IMG/VR virus record: IMGVR_UViG_3300017971_000001
Location: 62,001 to 126,000 of that record
Strand: one strand, 5' to 3'
Length of the DNA: 64,000 nt
The stretch's first letter is position 1. Each line of letters begins with the position of its first letter. A program made the translations under genes and the position numbers. Shown here piece by piece: positions 21,661-30,962 of this stretch. Under the pieces are notes generated by a model. The model did not search any database and was not told the DNA's origin. It was given only the letters and a program-made list of their open reading frames with translations.

Positions 21661-22028
21661 AGAGGGACCTCGAACACGAATTCCCTGGGCCCGGCGGCAA
21701 AACAAACAGAGACCGAGCGACCGCTGTAGCTGGTCATGTTGACCGGAACTTCCTTCTCTACAGTGATTCTGGGGAGGTAGGTGCCGCAGATCATGCACAT
21801 GCTTGGGCGCAAGGAAATATGGTGGTCAGTCGGAAGACCGAGCTCAGCTTTCAGCTTCTCGTGAATGAGCTCTGTGAAACGAGGCGCGGAGACCTGAACG
21901 CTCAGGCGGAAAGCTTCTGGGTGCTCGCCCCGCCTGCACATGTCGCGCAGGCGACTGGCTACCTCTTCAGGGGTGGGTAGCTCGGCCGAGGACCTGGCGC
22001 GCTTCCTGGACGTTGAGTCGGTTGTCAT
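21657..22028 (-). CDS. Hypothetical protein
   Basis: ATG ORF. Confidence 0.55.
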   Translation of the reverse strand: MTTDSTSRKRARSSAELPTPEEVASRLRDMCRRGEHPEAFRLSVQVSAPRFTELIHEKLKAELGLPTDHHISLRPSMCMICGTYLPRITVEKEVPVNMTSYSGRSVSVCFAAGPREFVFEVPL

Positions 22029-22065
22029 GCCTATGGGCAGGTAAATGGGCCCCCGCCGGGACCTG

Positions 22066-22524
22066 TTAGAACTTCTCGGGGACCTCAGGATCGTAGGGAG
22101 GAATGTGGAGGCCTCGCCTACGGAGCTCCTCTTTCGCTCGGTCAAACTGCTCGACCTCGACGTTGGACTTCGACTCGACAAGGGCAATGCCCGAGGTCCG
22201 GGCGATCAGGCCATTGCGAGCGCTCAGCGGATCCTCGACGCGAGCGTACGCCCAGCGATCGGCTAGGAAGATCTTGTTCCCGTTCTCGTCGGTGAACCCT
22301 AGCACGCCATGCATGCTGCGAGTGGGTCCGCTCTTCGTCCACCAGGTCGCAGCAGCGCTCCCTCGGTCGTCGTATCGAACGACGAGCCAAAGATCGCCCT
22401 GAAGAGACCCGCTCTCAGAGGCGGCTTTTCCTTCGTTCACGCAAGCAAGCGTGATCACGTAAACGCAGGTCAAGAACACGAGGAGCGCAAAGGCAGAGAG
22501 AACGATTCGATCGTTCTTGCTCAC
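22066..22524 (-). CDS. Membrane-anchored protein (paralogue of 22853-23308)
   Basis: N-terminal TM; shared VVRY.D.G...A.W.TK...F.D..G....L...Y....DP. Confidence 0.7.
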   Translation of the reverse strand: MSKNDRIVLSAFALLVFLTCVYVITLACVNEGKAASESGSLQGDLWLVVRYDDRGSAAATWWTKSGPTRSMHGVLGFTDENGNKIFLADRWAYARVEDPLSARNGLIARTSGIALVESKSNVEVEQFDRAKEELRRRGLHIPPYDPEVPEKF

Positions 22525-22835
22525 GATACCTCCCCCATGACCGTCACCTTCGTGTTCGGGGGCACTTCGAGGCGCAGGGCCTCGCTGTAACCCTCCCAGG
22601 ACCGCTTCTGAGGAAACAGGTCGCCGTCCTCTTCGTCGACCTTGCTGACTGCGAACGACCAGCAGCCGTCGTAGACCGCGTAGACGTTGCAGCGTCCCTT
22701 GTTGCTGTGAACGAGGAAGTGCGACGTCTTATCGGAGTTGACGTAAGCCTCCTCCGACAAGACCACGTCCTTGTTGTGGGTCGTGTATTCGTAGCTGACG
22801 ATATCGTCGCTGTGGCCAATGAACGTCAGGAACAT
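22521..22835 (-). CDS. Conserved phage hypothetical protein
   Basis: F.GHSDD.V...Y..GCWSF. Confidence 0.7.
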   Translation of the reverse strand: MFLTFIGHSDDIVSYEYTTHNKDVVLSEEAYVNSDKTSHFLVHSNKGRCNVYAVYDGCWSFAVSKVDEEDGDLFPQKRSWEGYSEALRLEVPPNTKVTVMGEVS

Positions 22836-22852
22836 GAATTCTCCTTTTTGGC

Positions 22853-23308
22853 CTAATCGGCCGCGGCGGCCTCGAGGAGACGGGCGAGCTCAAGCGAGTC
22901 CGCCCAGGACTGCGACTTAACAGCCTCTTCTCGATTCATTCGGTGGACGATCTCAAGCGCCATTCGAAGTGCTTCCTTGCGCCGGCTGGTTGAAGCCGAA
23001 GATACAGCCACGACCCTTGAGCTCAATGCGCTCGGGTCGTCCGTCACGACGTATTTGATCGAAGGCGAGAGGAGGACAAAGCGACCCCGTAGGTCCGTGA
23101 AATAGAGCGAGCCCCCTGACTCATAGACGGTCTTTGTTTCCCAGGAAGCAAGGGGTCGGCCCGAGTCGCTGTAACGGACAACGTATCTCGTGCTCTCGCC
23201 CCCGGTCTCCGCGGACGTCTCGCCCGAATCGCCGTGACTGTAGAGAAAGGCGAGGACGATCACCAAAACTATGATCCCTACCAGGGGCGGTCGGTTCTCT
23301 TGATTCAT
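22853..23308 (-). CDS. Membrane-anchored protein (paralogue of 22066-22524)
   Basis: N-terminal TM, shared motifs as above. Confidence 0.7.
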   Translation of the reverse strand: MNQENRPPLVGIIVLVIVLAFLYSHGDSGETSAETGGESTRYVVRYSDSGRPLASWETKTVYESGGSLYFTDLRGRFVLLSPSIKYVVTDDPSALSSRVVAVSSASTSRRKEALRMALEIVHRMNREEAVKSQSWADSLELARLLEAAAAD

Positions 23309-23535
23309 TCAACTTCCTCAGGCCAGCGCTCAAGGTTCCGGCACAGCACGAACTCGTTCCCGTTCTCGTCGGGCTCCGCGCCGCCGAAGCGCGGACAGGT
23401 TTTCGTGAGCCCGTCGCAGAGGTAGCGCTCTTCCGGACACTTGACCGGGCGCACGGTGCCGAAAGCGATCGAGCACGGACGAAGGTCGTGCAGCGCCACG
23501 TATTCTTCGTGGCTGTTCCAAGGGACTTGGCTCAT
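23305..23535 (-). CDS. Cys-rich hypothetical protein
   Basis: Coupled ORF. Confidence 0.6.
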   Translation of the reverse strand: MSQVPWNSHEEYVALHDLRPCSIAFGTVRPVKCPEERYLCDGLTKTCPRFGGAEPDENGNEFVLCRNLERWPEEVE

Positions 23536-24035
23536 ATCGTCCTCATGAGGTATCCCGTCCCTTCGAACGGATCGGGGAGAAACTCAACCTTCAGAACCTG
23601 GAGGCGGACCCCTTCGTGGCGCAGGGCCGGAATTCCGCTGTGGACGAGGTCCGCGCAATGTCCGCAGAAGATAGGGTTCCTGCGGTTCCTGTGAATCCTT
23701 CGCTCGGGCTCGCGATTCATGTCGGCAATGCAGAGCTCGAACCTGCGCCAGTCGCTGTAATGAACGCGCTGGATCTTGCGGCACAACGACCAGCCGCCGT
23801 CCATTTCCGCGACCGGCTTCCTTCCAGTGACGAACTTCGTGATCCTGTATTGGAAGACGCAGGGCTGCCACGCATGGAGCTTGAAGGCGTTCGCAGTCTT
23901 TCCTTCGAGCCAGGCGACAGGGCCCTCATTGTTCAGCAGGCCCAAGCGCTCCCGCTCGAGCAGGTAGTTGAACTCGTCCTCCTTGGAGCCGGTGAGGGCG
24001 GCGCGCTCGAGTCGTAGCAGGCGTGCGTCGCTCAC
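23532..24035 (-). CDS. Hypothetical protein with SDxRLxRLER N-terminal module
   Basis: (V)SDARLLRLERAALTGSKEDEFNYLLERERLG. Confidence 0.7.
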   Translation of the reverse strand: MSDARLLRLERAALTGSKEDEFNYLLERERLGLLNNEGPVAWLEGKTANAFKLHAWQPCVFQYRITKFVTGRKPVAEMDGGWSLCRKIQRVHYSDWRRFELCIADMNREPERRIHRNRRNPIFCGHCADLVHSGIPALRHEGVRLQVLKVEFLPDPFEGTGYLMRTI

Positions 24036-24229
24036 TCGGACCTCGCCTCGATCGCGCGGATCACGCCGCGCAATCGGCGCACCTCCTTCAGCAGCGCCTC
24101 CTTCTCGAAGTTGAGCAGGTCGAGCTCGCGGATCGTGCCTGCATACTTTGGGTTGACGATCTCCCGCTCAGGCAGCTGCCCTTCTGCCCAGGCGCGCAAC
24201 TCGACCGTGTTGTCCGGGACTCTATCCAC
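24032..24229 (-). CDS. Hypothetical protein
   Basis: Coupled ORF. Confidence 0.6.
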   Translation of the reverse strand: MDRVPDNTVELRAWAEGQLPEREIVNPKYAGTIRELDLLNFEKEALLKEVRRLRGVIRAIEARSE

Positions 24230-24485
24230 GACCGGGCTCCGTCTCTTCGATCAGAGACTCTTCCCAGAGGTAGGAATCAGGCCCGCCGGTCTCAAGGCGG
24301 TAACGAAGGATCCTTGGGTCGAGCGAAGAGGGGTGGATCCCGCCTCCGTTGCCAGCAGCCCGGAAGACAGCAGGAGGCTCCACCTCCTCGAGGGCTTCTT
24401 GCTCGGTCTCGGTGAACACGTCGTAAACCAGTTCGATCCGAACCGGAACCCGAACCGTCCGGACGACCCGCTTCTCTTTGCTCAT
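24222..24485 (-). CDS. Hypothetical protein
   Basis: Coupled ATG (MSKEKR). Confidence 0.6.
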   Translation of the reverse strand: MSKEKRVVRTVRVPVRIELVYDVFTETEQEALEEVEPPAVFRAAGNGGGIHPSSLDPRILRYRLETGGPDSYLWEESLIEETEPGRG

Positions 24486-24865
24486 GAGCACTCTGCCCGC
24501 AGCATGGCGGCGAGCTCCTGGACCTTCTCTGCGCGCCTCATGTTCTCGACCCCCTCCTTCCAGTAATTGAGGGGCATGGATACGCCCGAGTGGACCGCCT
24601 CCATGGCCGAGATCATGCACCAGTGGCTCAGGTCGTAATCGATCCCGAGCTCCTCGCAGACGATCCATTCGACGGCGCGCGCCTCGACCTCCTGGCGGAC
24701 TCGATACGGGCGGTCGAGCTCCATGATCGCGGCGTGAATCTCTTCTCGGTCCCAGTTGCTCACTCCGAGCGACCAGCCGTGATATCCCTCGTGCGCCGCG
24801 TCGCGCGGCTCCTTGGCGTCGGACCCGTGCGCCTGGGCCCATTGGACGATCAGTTCGCTGTTCAT
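24482..24865 (-). CDS. Putative HExxH metalloprotein
   Basis: AAHEGYHG with downstream EVEARAVE. Confidence 0.5.
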   Translation of the reverse strand: MNSELIVQWAQAHGSDAKEPRDAAHEGYHGWSLGVSNWDREEIHAAIMELDRPYRVRQEVEARAVEWIVCEELGIDYDLSHWCMISAMEAVHSGVSMPLNYWKEGVENMRRAEKVQELAAMLRAECS

Positions 24866-25176
24866 TCGGGGATCTCGTAGACGGTCTTGACCTGCTTCGC
24901 CACGGGAACGATCACCGAATCGGCCTTGAAAATGATCATGCCCCTCGGCCCGGTGTTCGCGAAGTCCCAGGACCCGGCTCGGCTCTCGCATTCGCCGCGG
25001 ATATCCCGCTCGCTGAGCGCGCGAGGATCGACCTCGTCGTCCGAGAACTCGGCGAGCAGGTCGAGCAGGCCCTCGCGGGTGACATGGGTCAAGCGCACGT
25101 CGCCGTCCTCGGAGTTCTCGAGAATGAAGTAACCGGACTCCACCGGCTTCACCTTGCGCGGATTCTTCTTGGCCAC
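24862..25176 (-). CDS. Hypothetical protein
   Basis: Coupled ORF. Confidence 0.65.
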   Translation of the reverse strand: MAKKNPRKVKPVESGYFILENSEDGDVRLTHVTREGLLDLLAEFSDDEVDPRALSERDIRGECESRAGSWDFANTGPRGMIIFKADSVIVPVAKQVKTVYEIPE

Positions 25177-25179
25177 GAC

Positions 25180-25455
25180 CTAAGCTCCCACGTAGAGAAC
25201 TTCGACCCTGGGGCCCATGTCCTTCTCGAACTTCTTGCCGCCGTACTCGCCGAACTCGGGCGAGCCAGGGCGCTGATCGTGGGCTTCGCAGGTGTAGAAG
25301 ATCGCCTTGTGGAAGTTGTGATCGTGCGCCGCGACCACCACCGGCATGCTCTTGTCCTTGATCCCGGACAAATACTTCTCCAAGTCTCCAACGGTGTGCA
25401 TATCCTCGATCTCCTTGCTGGGTCGAATCCTATCCAGGAACTCCGACAGGTTCAA
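25180..25455 (-). CDS. Hypothetical protein
   Basis: High-GC3 ORF; start uncertain. Confidence 0.55.
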   Translation of the reverse strand: MNLSEFLDRIRPSKEIEDMHTVGDLEKYLSGIKDKSMPVVVAAHDHNFHKAIFYTCEAHDQRPGSPEFGEYGGKKFEKDMGPRVEVLYVGA

Positions 25456-28354
25456 TGAAATCCCATAAGAGCCTGCCTGTCGCTCGACCGCGCCCTTCGC
25501 CAACAGCGCCGCCGACGCCCCAGCCATTTCTCGGGAACGTGGTTCCAATGCAGTTCGAGCCCTGACCTCTTCCCGACCAGTTCCCGCGGAACGAACTGGA
25601 GACGCAGCCGAAGGCGTAAGCGGTTCCGGTCGATAGCCAGAATGGAACGCTGCCCTTAGCGCACCCCCGGCGCCTTCTTACCACCATTGAGGCAATCCCG
25701 ATTCGTGCTCCTTGTACCGCTCGAGCGGGCCACTTCTTCCCATGCCCGCCGTGAGCCCGCAGCCCAAAGAGAACCACTCCGCCCCGCGAAAGGTGCGAAG
25801 AACGCAGCCACGCGCGATCGCGAATCTGAGCGCGAGTCCGTAGGGGCTGCCGGCGCCCGATCCACACGACCCCTCCAGGCGGGAGTTTCTGGATCTTCGA
25901 CGCTTCACGGAGAGCCGCTACCTTGCATAGACGACATGCCCCAGCCAAGCCCTCTTTTGAAGTAGAAGTTGGCAGGGCCTGGGCCGCGGATTTGCCAGAT
26001 CCTGCCGGAGACGTAGCCCCGCCTACAAAAGAGCCCGCTTGACATACAGCCCCAGTGGAGGGCGGCACTCCTTCTTCTGCGCCTCACCAGTCGGACCCCA
26101 TTCCGATCCTTCGCTTGAGGCCGCGGCCCGTTGAGTAGGTGTCGGCCCAGGGCTTCGATCGGTTTGCAATCGAGGCGCTCCCGCTGGCCCGCATGCGCGT
26201 CATGGTTGACGTCCAGCGGGCAAGGAGGAACTCGTTCCCACAGGGGGATCCGCGCCCCCGGTCACCCGATCGATACGGCCGGTCGCTGCGGTGGGCGGTG
26301 TCGAGCATGATCCCGAAGCAGAGGCCGGTAAATCTTCGACGACGTTTCACGTCAACCTCGGCGGGGGTAGAAAATTGAATAGAACCTTCTGAGTCCTGAT
26401 CCGACCGCGCAGTAGTTGGACCCTCGGCCTCTGAAGCAGCCATGCCTGAACATGGCGAAGTCGCGCAACCCGCTCCCAGCGCCCCTTGAAAGCCCTCTTC
26501 TCCACATGCTCTTGCTGGAAGGCCTCCTTCGCCGTCTCATGACGACCTCCGAACTCGGAACCACTTCGCAGAACGACTCAGAGCTAGACCGAACGGGCGG
26601 CCGAGGCCATGCCCGAGCACAACCCTTGCGCGCTTCCAGCGTGTATATGAAACCAAGGACACCCGAATCCGATACTCCTGCGGAGGCCATAGCCATAGTC
26701 GTGGTGGTTGCTGTGACTATGAGTGACCAAGCCAATCCTGCGTCGACGCCTCATGAAGACCTCCGACGGAACCACTTCGCAGAGCGGCTTAAGCCTCGGC
26801 CGAACGAACGAAAGAGCCCGTAGCCCAGAACCCCCCTTGTAATCTTCCACCCCGGAAGGTCGGTGACCGGGTTACCGAAGCCGCGCTGCCTGTAGAGGCC
26901 GCAGCCGCGCTCACGAGGGTGAGTGCTGTGACCCCGGCCCTTGAGTTGAGTGATCAAGCCGGCCCTGCGTCGACGCCTCATGCAGACACTTGGATCCGCC
27001 GGACGTTTCCGGCCACCTTCCTCAGGCCGCGTCCCCAGCTGTTCGATTGGCCGTGCCCGCGCCGCCGTCTGTATCCACCAAGGTTCCTCCACCACCGAAT
27101 GCCGGCGCGGCTTGACCCGCCTCCCATTTCGCTTCGCAGTCCTGCCCCCGTCGACTTGCCGCTGCGTCGCCGAAAGACGGCTCCATGTCTTCTCCTGCGC
27201 TTCATAGGACCCAATAGGGTCCGGCGACGGACCTTCCAAAGCCGTGGCCCTTTGCCGTGCTCCACGGACCGTAGTCCCTGCCTCCGCCAAAGCTGCGAGA
27301 CTTCCCCCTCCCGAGCGCCGCCTTGGTCAAGCGCCTCCAGTTGGAAGCTGGTCTCCTCCTTCGCCTCATTGCCCGTATCCCAACCCGCCGAACAAACTCA
27401 CAAAGACGTACGGGTGGAACGGGCTCGGCACGTATCGACTGATCGCGCCGGACTTCATTGCATACCCCCTCGTCGACCAGAGCCCGCCGCCGCGGCCGAT
27501 CTTGTTCACAATCAACGCCTCGCCCCAGCGCATGCTCCAGTTGCGTGCTGTTCTTCTCCTTCGCTTCATTGAGAACGCCCGCGGAAGTGAAAAAAGGAGT
27601 GACGAATCCCTCGGCCGTACGACCGATTGGAGCCGCAGCCAGACAGTCGGATTCCATGACCAGGAACGACCAAGCACGACATGGCGAACCCCAGCCCGTA
27701 TCCACCTGCGCCGCCTCGAACCCAGACCTGCCTTCGTCTTCTGATCAAGAGAACACCCTTAGAGAGAACACCGAGCTCGAGTAGCCGCCGCAACCTCCGC
27801 CGCAGCCGAGCGCGTGGCCAATCCCAGCGCCGCACCTCGATTTCATTGAGACCAAGAGCTTGTCGCCCCACGTTGGATTGCCTCGCCCCATGTTCCGCCT
27901 TAGCCCGCTCCCGAGCCTGAGGATCTCTACGCCCTGGCCGTAGAGGCCCTGGAATCCCTTCCGGTGCCGGTGACGTCGCCTCATTGCCCGATTGGCCACC
28001 AGGCTGCCCTGTACCGCCTGAGCCCGTGTCCGCACTTCACCTTTGAGGAAATGAACGTGTCTGAACTAGGTGGCTGCCCCCTGCTGATCGAACGGCGAAT
28101 CCCGGACCCGAGGACGCGTGAAAGCGCAGGTACGAACGTGAACTTCAAGACTGAACTCCGGCGCCTCTTCATGACGGAAGCGTCTCCGGCTCCCTGAGCG
28201 AGTGACCACGGTAGACGCCTAGCCCTCGCCCGACGCTTGGCGCGTATCCGTAGCAAGAGCTCAAGCCGTAGCCGATCATGCTAAAGAGGCAGAGCGGCAG
28301 GCCGCTGATTTTCATAGTCCTTCGAAAGTAGACTTTTCGCCGAAGCCTCCTCAT
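25430..28354 (-). other. Cluster E: 14 tandem MxRRRR / Gly-rich peptide genes (one frameshifted)
   Basis: Members (-): 28169-28354, 27981-28172, 27745-27984, 27566-27748, 27366-27569, 27202-27369, 26978-27205, 26751-26981, 26537-26754 (fs), 26352-26540, 26084-26350, 25905-26087, 25678-25908, 25430-25687. Confidence 0.85.
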
Positions 28355-28524
28355 GCTCTCAGTCCCACTCCTCGTCCCGAAAGACGCCGGCGTCGTGCAG
28401 CCAGCGGTGGTGACGATCGCGCGCGGCGGCGCCTTCTCCGGGATCGGCATGACCGTCTCGGCGCGGATCTTGTCGTTGAACGCCAGCGACAGGCAGCGCT
28501 GGCAGGGCTCGAGAGCGGTCGTCT

Positions 28525-29064
28525 TCATTCAGGTGCTTCCGTGTAGGGAACGAGCTCGACGTCGTAAGGAACGTAGAGCGGGTGCTTGGGGAAGCCGGCC
28601 TTCGTGACGGCCAGCGCGCAGATCTTCTTGTGCTGCGCCTCGGGCAAGTTCTGCTTGAGACAGCGAAGGGCGCGCTTGTCCCCGAGCACCTTGTCGTCCC
28701 CGCGCCCCCAGCGACACTTCGTGCCCCAGCCGAGCACGATCCGGTCCAGGTTGGGCTGGCGCGCCGTCGTCGAGAGCACGTATTCGTTCTCGGGCCCGAA
28801 GGGGTTCTCGGCGTCCTTGAGCTCGGACGGATCGGTCGCGCGAAAGGCGAAGGCGTTGACGACGACGATCTCGCCGTAGCCCCAGCGCTTCGCGAACCCG
28901 ACGCACTTGCGGATCGTGGGGTCGTCCTTACTCGCGTCAGCCGTGCTCGGATTGAGCATGACGAACACGCAGGACGGTCGATCGAGGTCCCAGGTTCGAG
29001 AGAGTCGGTAGCGATACGTCTCGCAGCTGCTGATCCAGGCGTCCGAGGCAACGGCAGTGGTCAT
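28525..29064 (-). CDS. DUF1643 family protein
   Basis: SSC.TYRYRLSR.W......FVMLNPSTADA..DDPTIRKC.GFA..WGY....VVN.FAFRATDP and PKHPLY. Confidence 0.93.
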   Translation of the reverse strand: MTTAVASDAWISSCETYRYRLSRTWDLDRPSCVFVMLNPSTADASKDDPTIRKCVGFAKRWGYGEIVVVNAFAFRATDPSELKDAENPFGPENEYVLSTTARQPNLDRIVLGWGTKCRWGRGDDKVLGDKRALRCLKQNLPEAQHKKICALAVTKAGFPKHPLYVPYDVELVPYTEAPE

Positions 29065-29309
29065 TCTTCCTCCTTGCAGGGGGTCGGGTAGTAGTTGGGG
29101 GTGTAGTCCACGGTGATATCGAAGGCTTTGACCTCGCCTTCGGGGGAGCGGATCCAGACCTTGAATCCGCGCCACTCTTCCTCGACGTCCCACGAGTGGC
29201 ATGAGGCCGCCCACTCGTGGTCAAGGAACTCGCCTTCGATCTCCTCCCACTCGCTTTCGTATTCGGGTTCGTAGTGACAGGCGCCGTACCAGCCGGGTCG
29301 AGACTTCAT
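29061..29309 (-). CDS. Hypothetical protein
   Basis: Coupled ATG. Confidence 0.6.
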   Translation of the reverse strand: MKSRPGWYGACHYEPEYESEWEEIEGEFLDHEWAASCHSWDVEEEWRGFKVWIRSPEGEVKAFDITVDYTPNYYPTPCKEEE

Positions 29310-29773
29310 GCTTGAACCGCCTTTTCCCGCTCTCTCAGCAGATAGCACGCGTATTCCAGGCCCTCGGCCCATGAAAACTCCCAGTGACCGACCTTGTTCT
29401 TCCTCGCGTGGGGGAGCGCGGCGACGATCTCGCGCGCGAACGTGCCAGTGAGCCCGAGAATGGTTTCGAGGTCGCGCGTCTTCGCGTTGTAGAGCACCGA
29501 CTCCTCGTTGATCTTCTGGCCTGAAAACTCCTCGATCGTCATGCGGACGCAGGTCGGGCAGTCGAACACATACCCCGGATCGAACTCACTGTTCAGCAGG
29601 TCGGCCTCGGCCATGGATCCGCACAGCGGGTTGCCTTCGTGATCGCGGTGAACGACCGCGCGCTTGACCTTCTCCATGATCTCCTTGCTGGCCGCGTTCT
29701 TGATCCGCCGCAACTCGCCGATCGTGAGAGCAGGAAAGGTTCCGAGCAGGCGCGCGAGGTTGAAGTCGCTCAT
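29306..29773 (-). CDS. Hypothetical protein
   Basis: Coupled ORF. Confidence 0.7.
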   Translation of the reverse strand: MSDFNLARLLGTFPALTIGELRRIKNAASKEIMEKVKRAVVHRDHEGNPLCGSMAEADLLNSEFDPGYVFDCPTCVRMTIEEFSGQKINEESVLYNAKTRDLETILGLTGTFAREIVAALPHARKNKVGHWEFSWAEGLEYACYLLREREKAVQA

Positions 29774-30051
29774 GCCTGACTCTGACCCTCGCCGGCGTCC
29801 ATGGGAGCCCGGTCTCCGTATTCGTCTTTGAACACGACCTTGTGGCCTTCGTGCTCGATCAGGAACCGGGCGACCAGGTCGACGTAGTTCCCCCAGCCGT
29901 TGCAGAATTCGTCCCAGCCCGCGTCAATCAAAGGTCGAAGGTGCGGAAGAAAGCGAGCGACCTCGCGGAACTGCTCTTCTCCGTGATTGATTCCGTCGGT
30001 CTCGTCCTGCTCGCCGCAATCGACGCACCACAAGTTCACGTAGCGACTCAC
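29770..30051 (-). CDS. Hypothetical protein (CxxC...FL.EH.GH)
   Basis: Coupled ORF. Confidence 0.7.
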   Translation of the reverse strand: MSRYVNLWCVDCGEQDETDGINHGEEQFREVARFLPHLRPLIDAGWDEFCNGWGNYVDLVARFLIEHEGHKVVFKDEYGDRAPMDAGEGQSQA

Positions 30052-30359
30052 CGAAGCTTCGCCTCGCGTTCGATCGCCTGGATCAACGTCTCCCTTGCCT
30101 CTACGTGCCGCGTGCAGCCCGTGCCAAACGTTTGCGCGACCGCCTTGCTCATGGCAGCGATCAACCGCTCCGATCGTGCGCGCTCTCGAAGGTAGTCCGA
30201 CTCCGCAGCCTTCACGATCCTCGTCGCTTCTTCGAACCGGCCTTGCGACTGGGCGTAGAAGCGATCCAGGTTGGCGCGCTGCTCGTTAACGATTTCCTCG
30301 AGACCGTCTCGCTGCTTTTCGACGAGCTTGATCTTCTCGAGTGCCTCTTCGAGGTTCAT
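30048..30359 (-). CDS. Coiled-coil hypothetical protein
   Basis: Coupled ORF. Confidence 0.65.
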   Translation of the reverse strand: MNLEEALEKIKLVEKQRDGLEEIVNEQRANLDRFYAQSQGRFEEATRIVKAAESDYLRERARSERLIAAMSKAVAQTFGTGCTRHVEARETLIQAIEREAKLR

Positions 30360-30468
30360 GGGCGATACGCCTCCTTGCCGTCTTCGTATCCGCAGCGGTA
30401 GCCGAGGCCGAAGAAGACGCCCGCGACCATGAACAACGCGATCATGCCGAAGACGTAGGGAAGCGCGG

Positions 30469-30750
30469 TCACGACGCTTCCTTCAGGCCGGCCGAGTAGC
30501 CGTCCTCGTAACCGTCGGCGAAGCCTTCGTTGCGGCCGCGGTTGAACGTCTCTTCGTCCGCTTCCTCTCGGCCGTCCTCGAACCCTCGTTCGTAACCGCA
30601 TTCGATCCCTCGAGTGAAGGCCTTGACGGCAATCAACTCAAGCTCGCGCTGCCGGGGCAGCAACTCGGCGTCGATTCCGAGCTCCTTGAGGAGGCGGGTG
30701 AAGGCCGGCTTGTAGCTCTGGCTCGTGGGGGGTTTCGCGTCGGTCGTCAT
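30469..30750 (-). CDS. Hypothetical protein with GxxxG (Yae1/FliH-like) repeats
   Basis: GYERGFEDG...GRNEGFADGYEDGYSAG. Confidence 0.65.
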   Translation of the reverse strand: MTTDAKPPTSQSYKPAFTRLLKELGIDAELLPRQRELELIAVKAFTRGIECGYERGFEDGREEADEETFNRGRNEGFADGYEDGYSAGLKEAS

Positions 30751-30843
30751 GTGGCGCTCGTGTGGCTCGTGTGGGGTCGAAACGGGGCAAAATGGGAGGC
30801 CCCTTAGATTATGCGTAACTTACCGAAAATAAAGGACTTATGA

Positions 30844-30871
30844 GAGGCACATAATGGTGTTTAAGACGCTC
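30844..30871. promoter_or_regulatory. Candidate dif-like tyrosine-recombinase core site (11-6-11)
   Basis: GAGGCACATAA-TGGTGT-TTAAGACGCTC; arms are imperfect inverted repeats (7/11) inside an AT-rich 210-nt gap. Confidence 0.3.
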
Positions 30872-30962
30872 CCCAGATATCCGAGAAGACTACCAGGGCG
30901 CCACGACACGGCGCGCTCACAGGGGGCTCAGCGAACGATCGCGCGGGAGCTCGTGGGGGGGG

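Noticed and set aside
25430-28354. Diversity-generating retroelement as the source of variation
   Set aside because: No reverse transcriptase or TR/VR pair differing only at adenines is visible in the window
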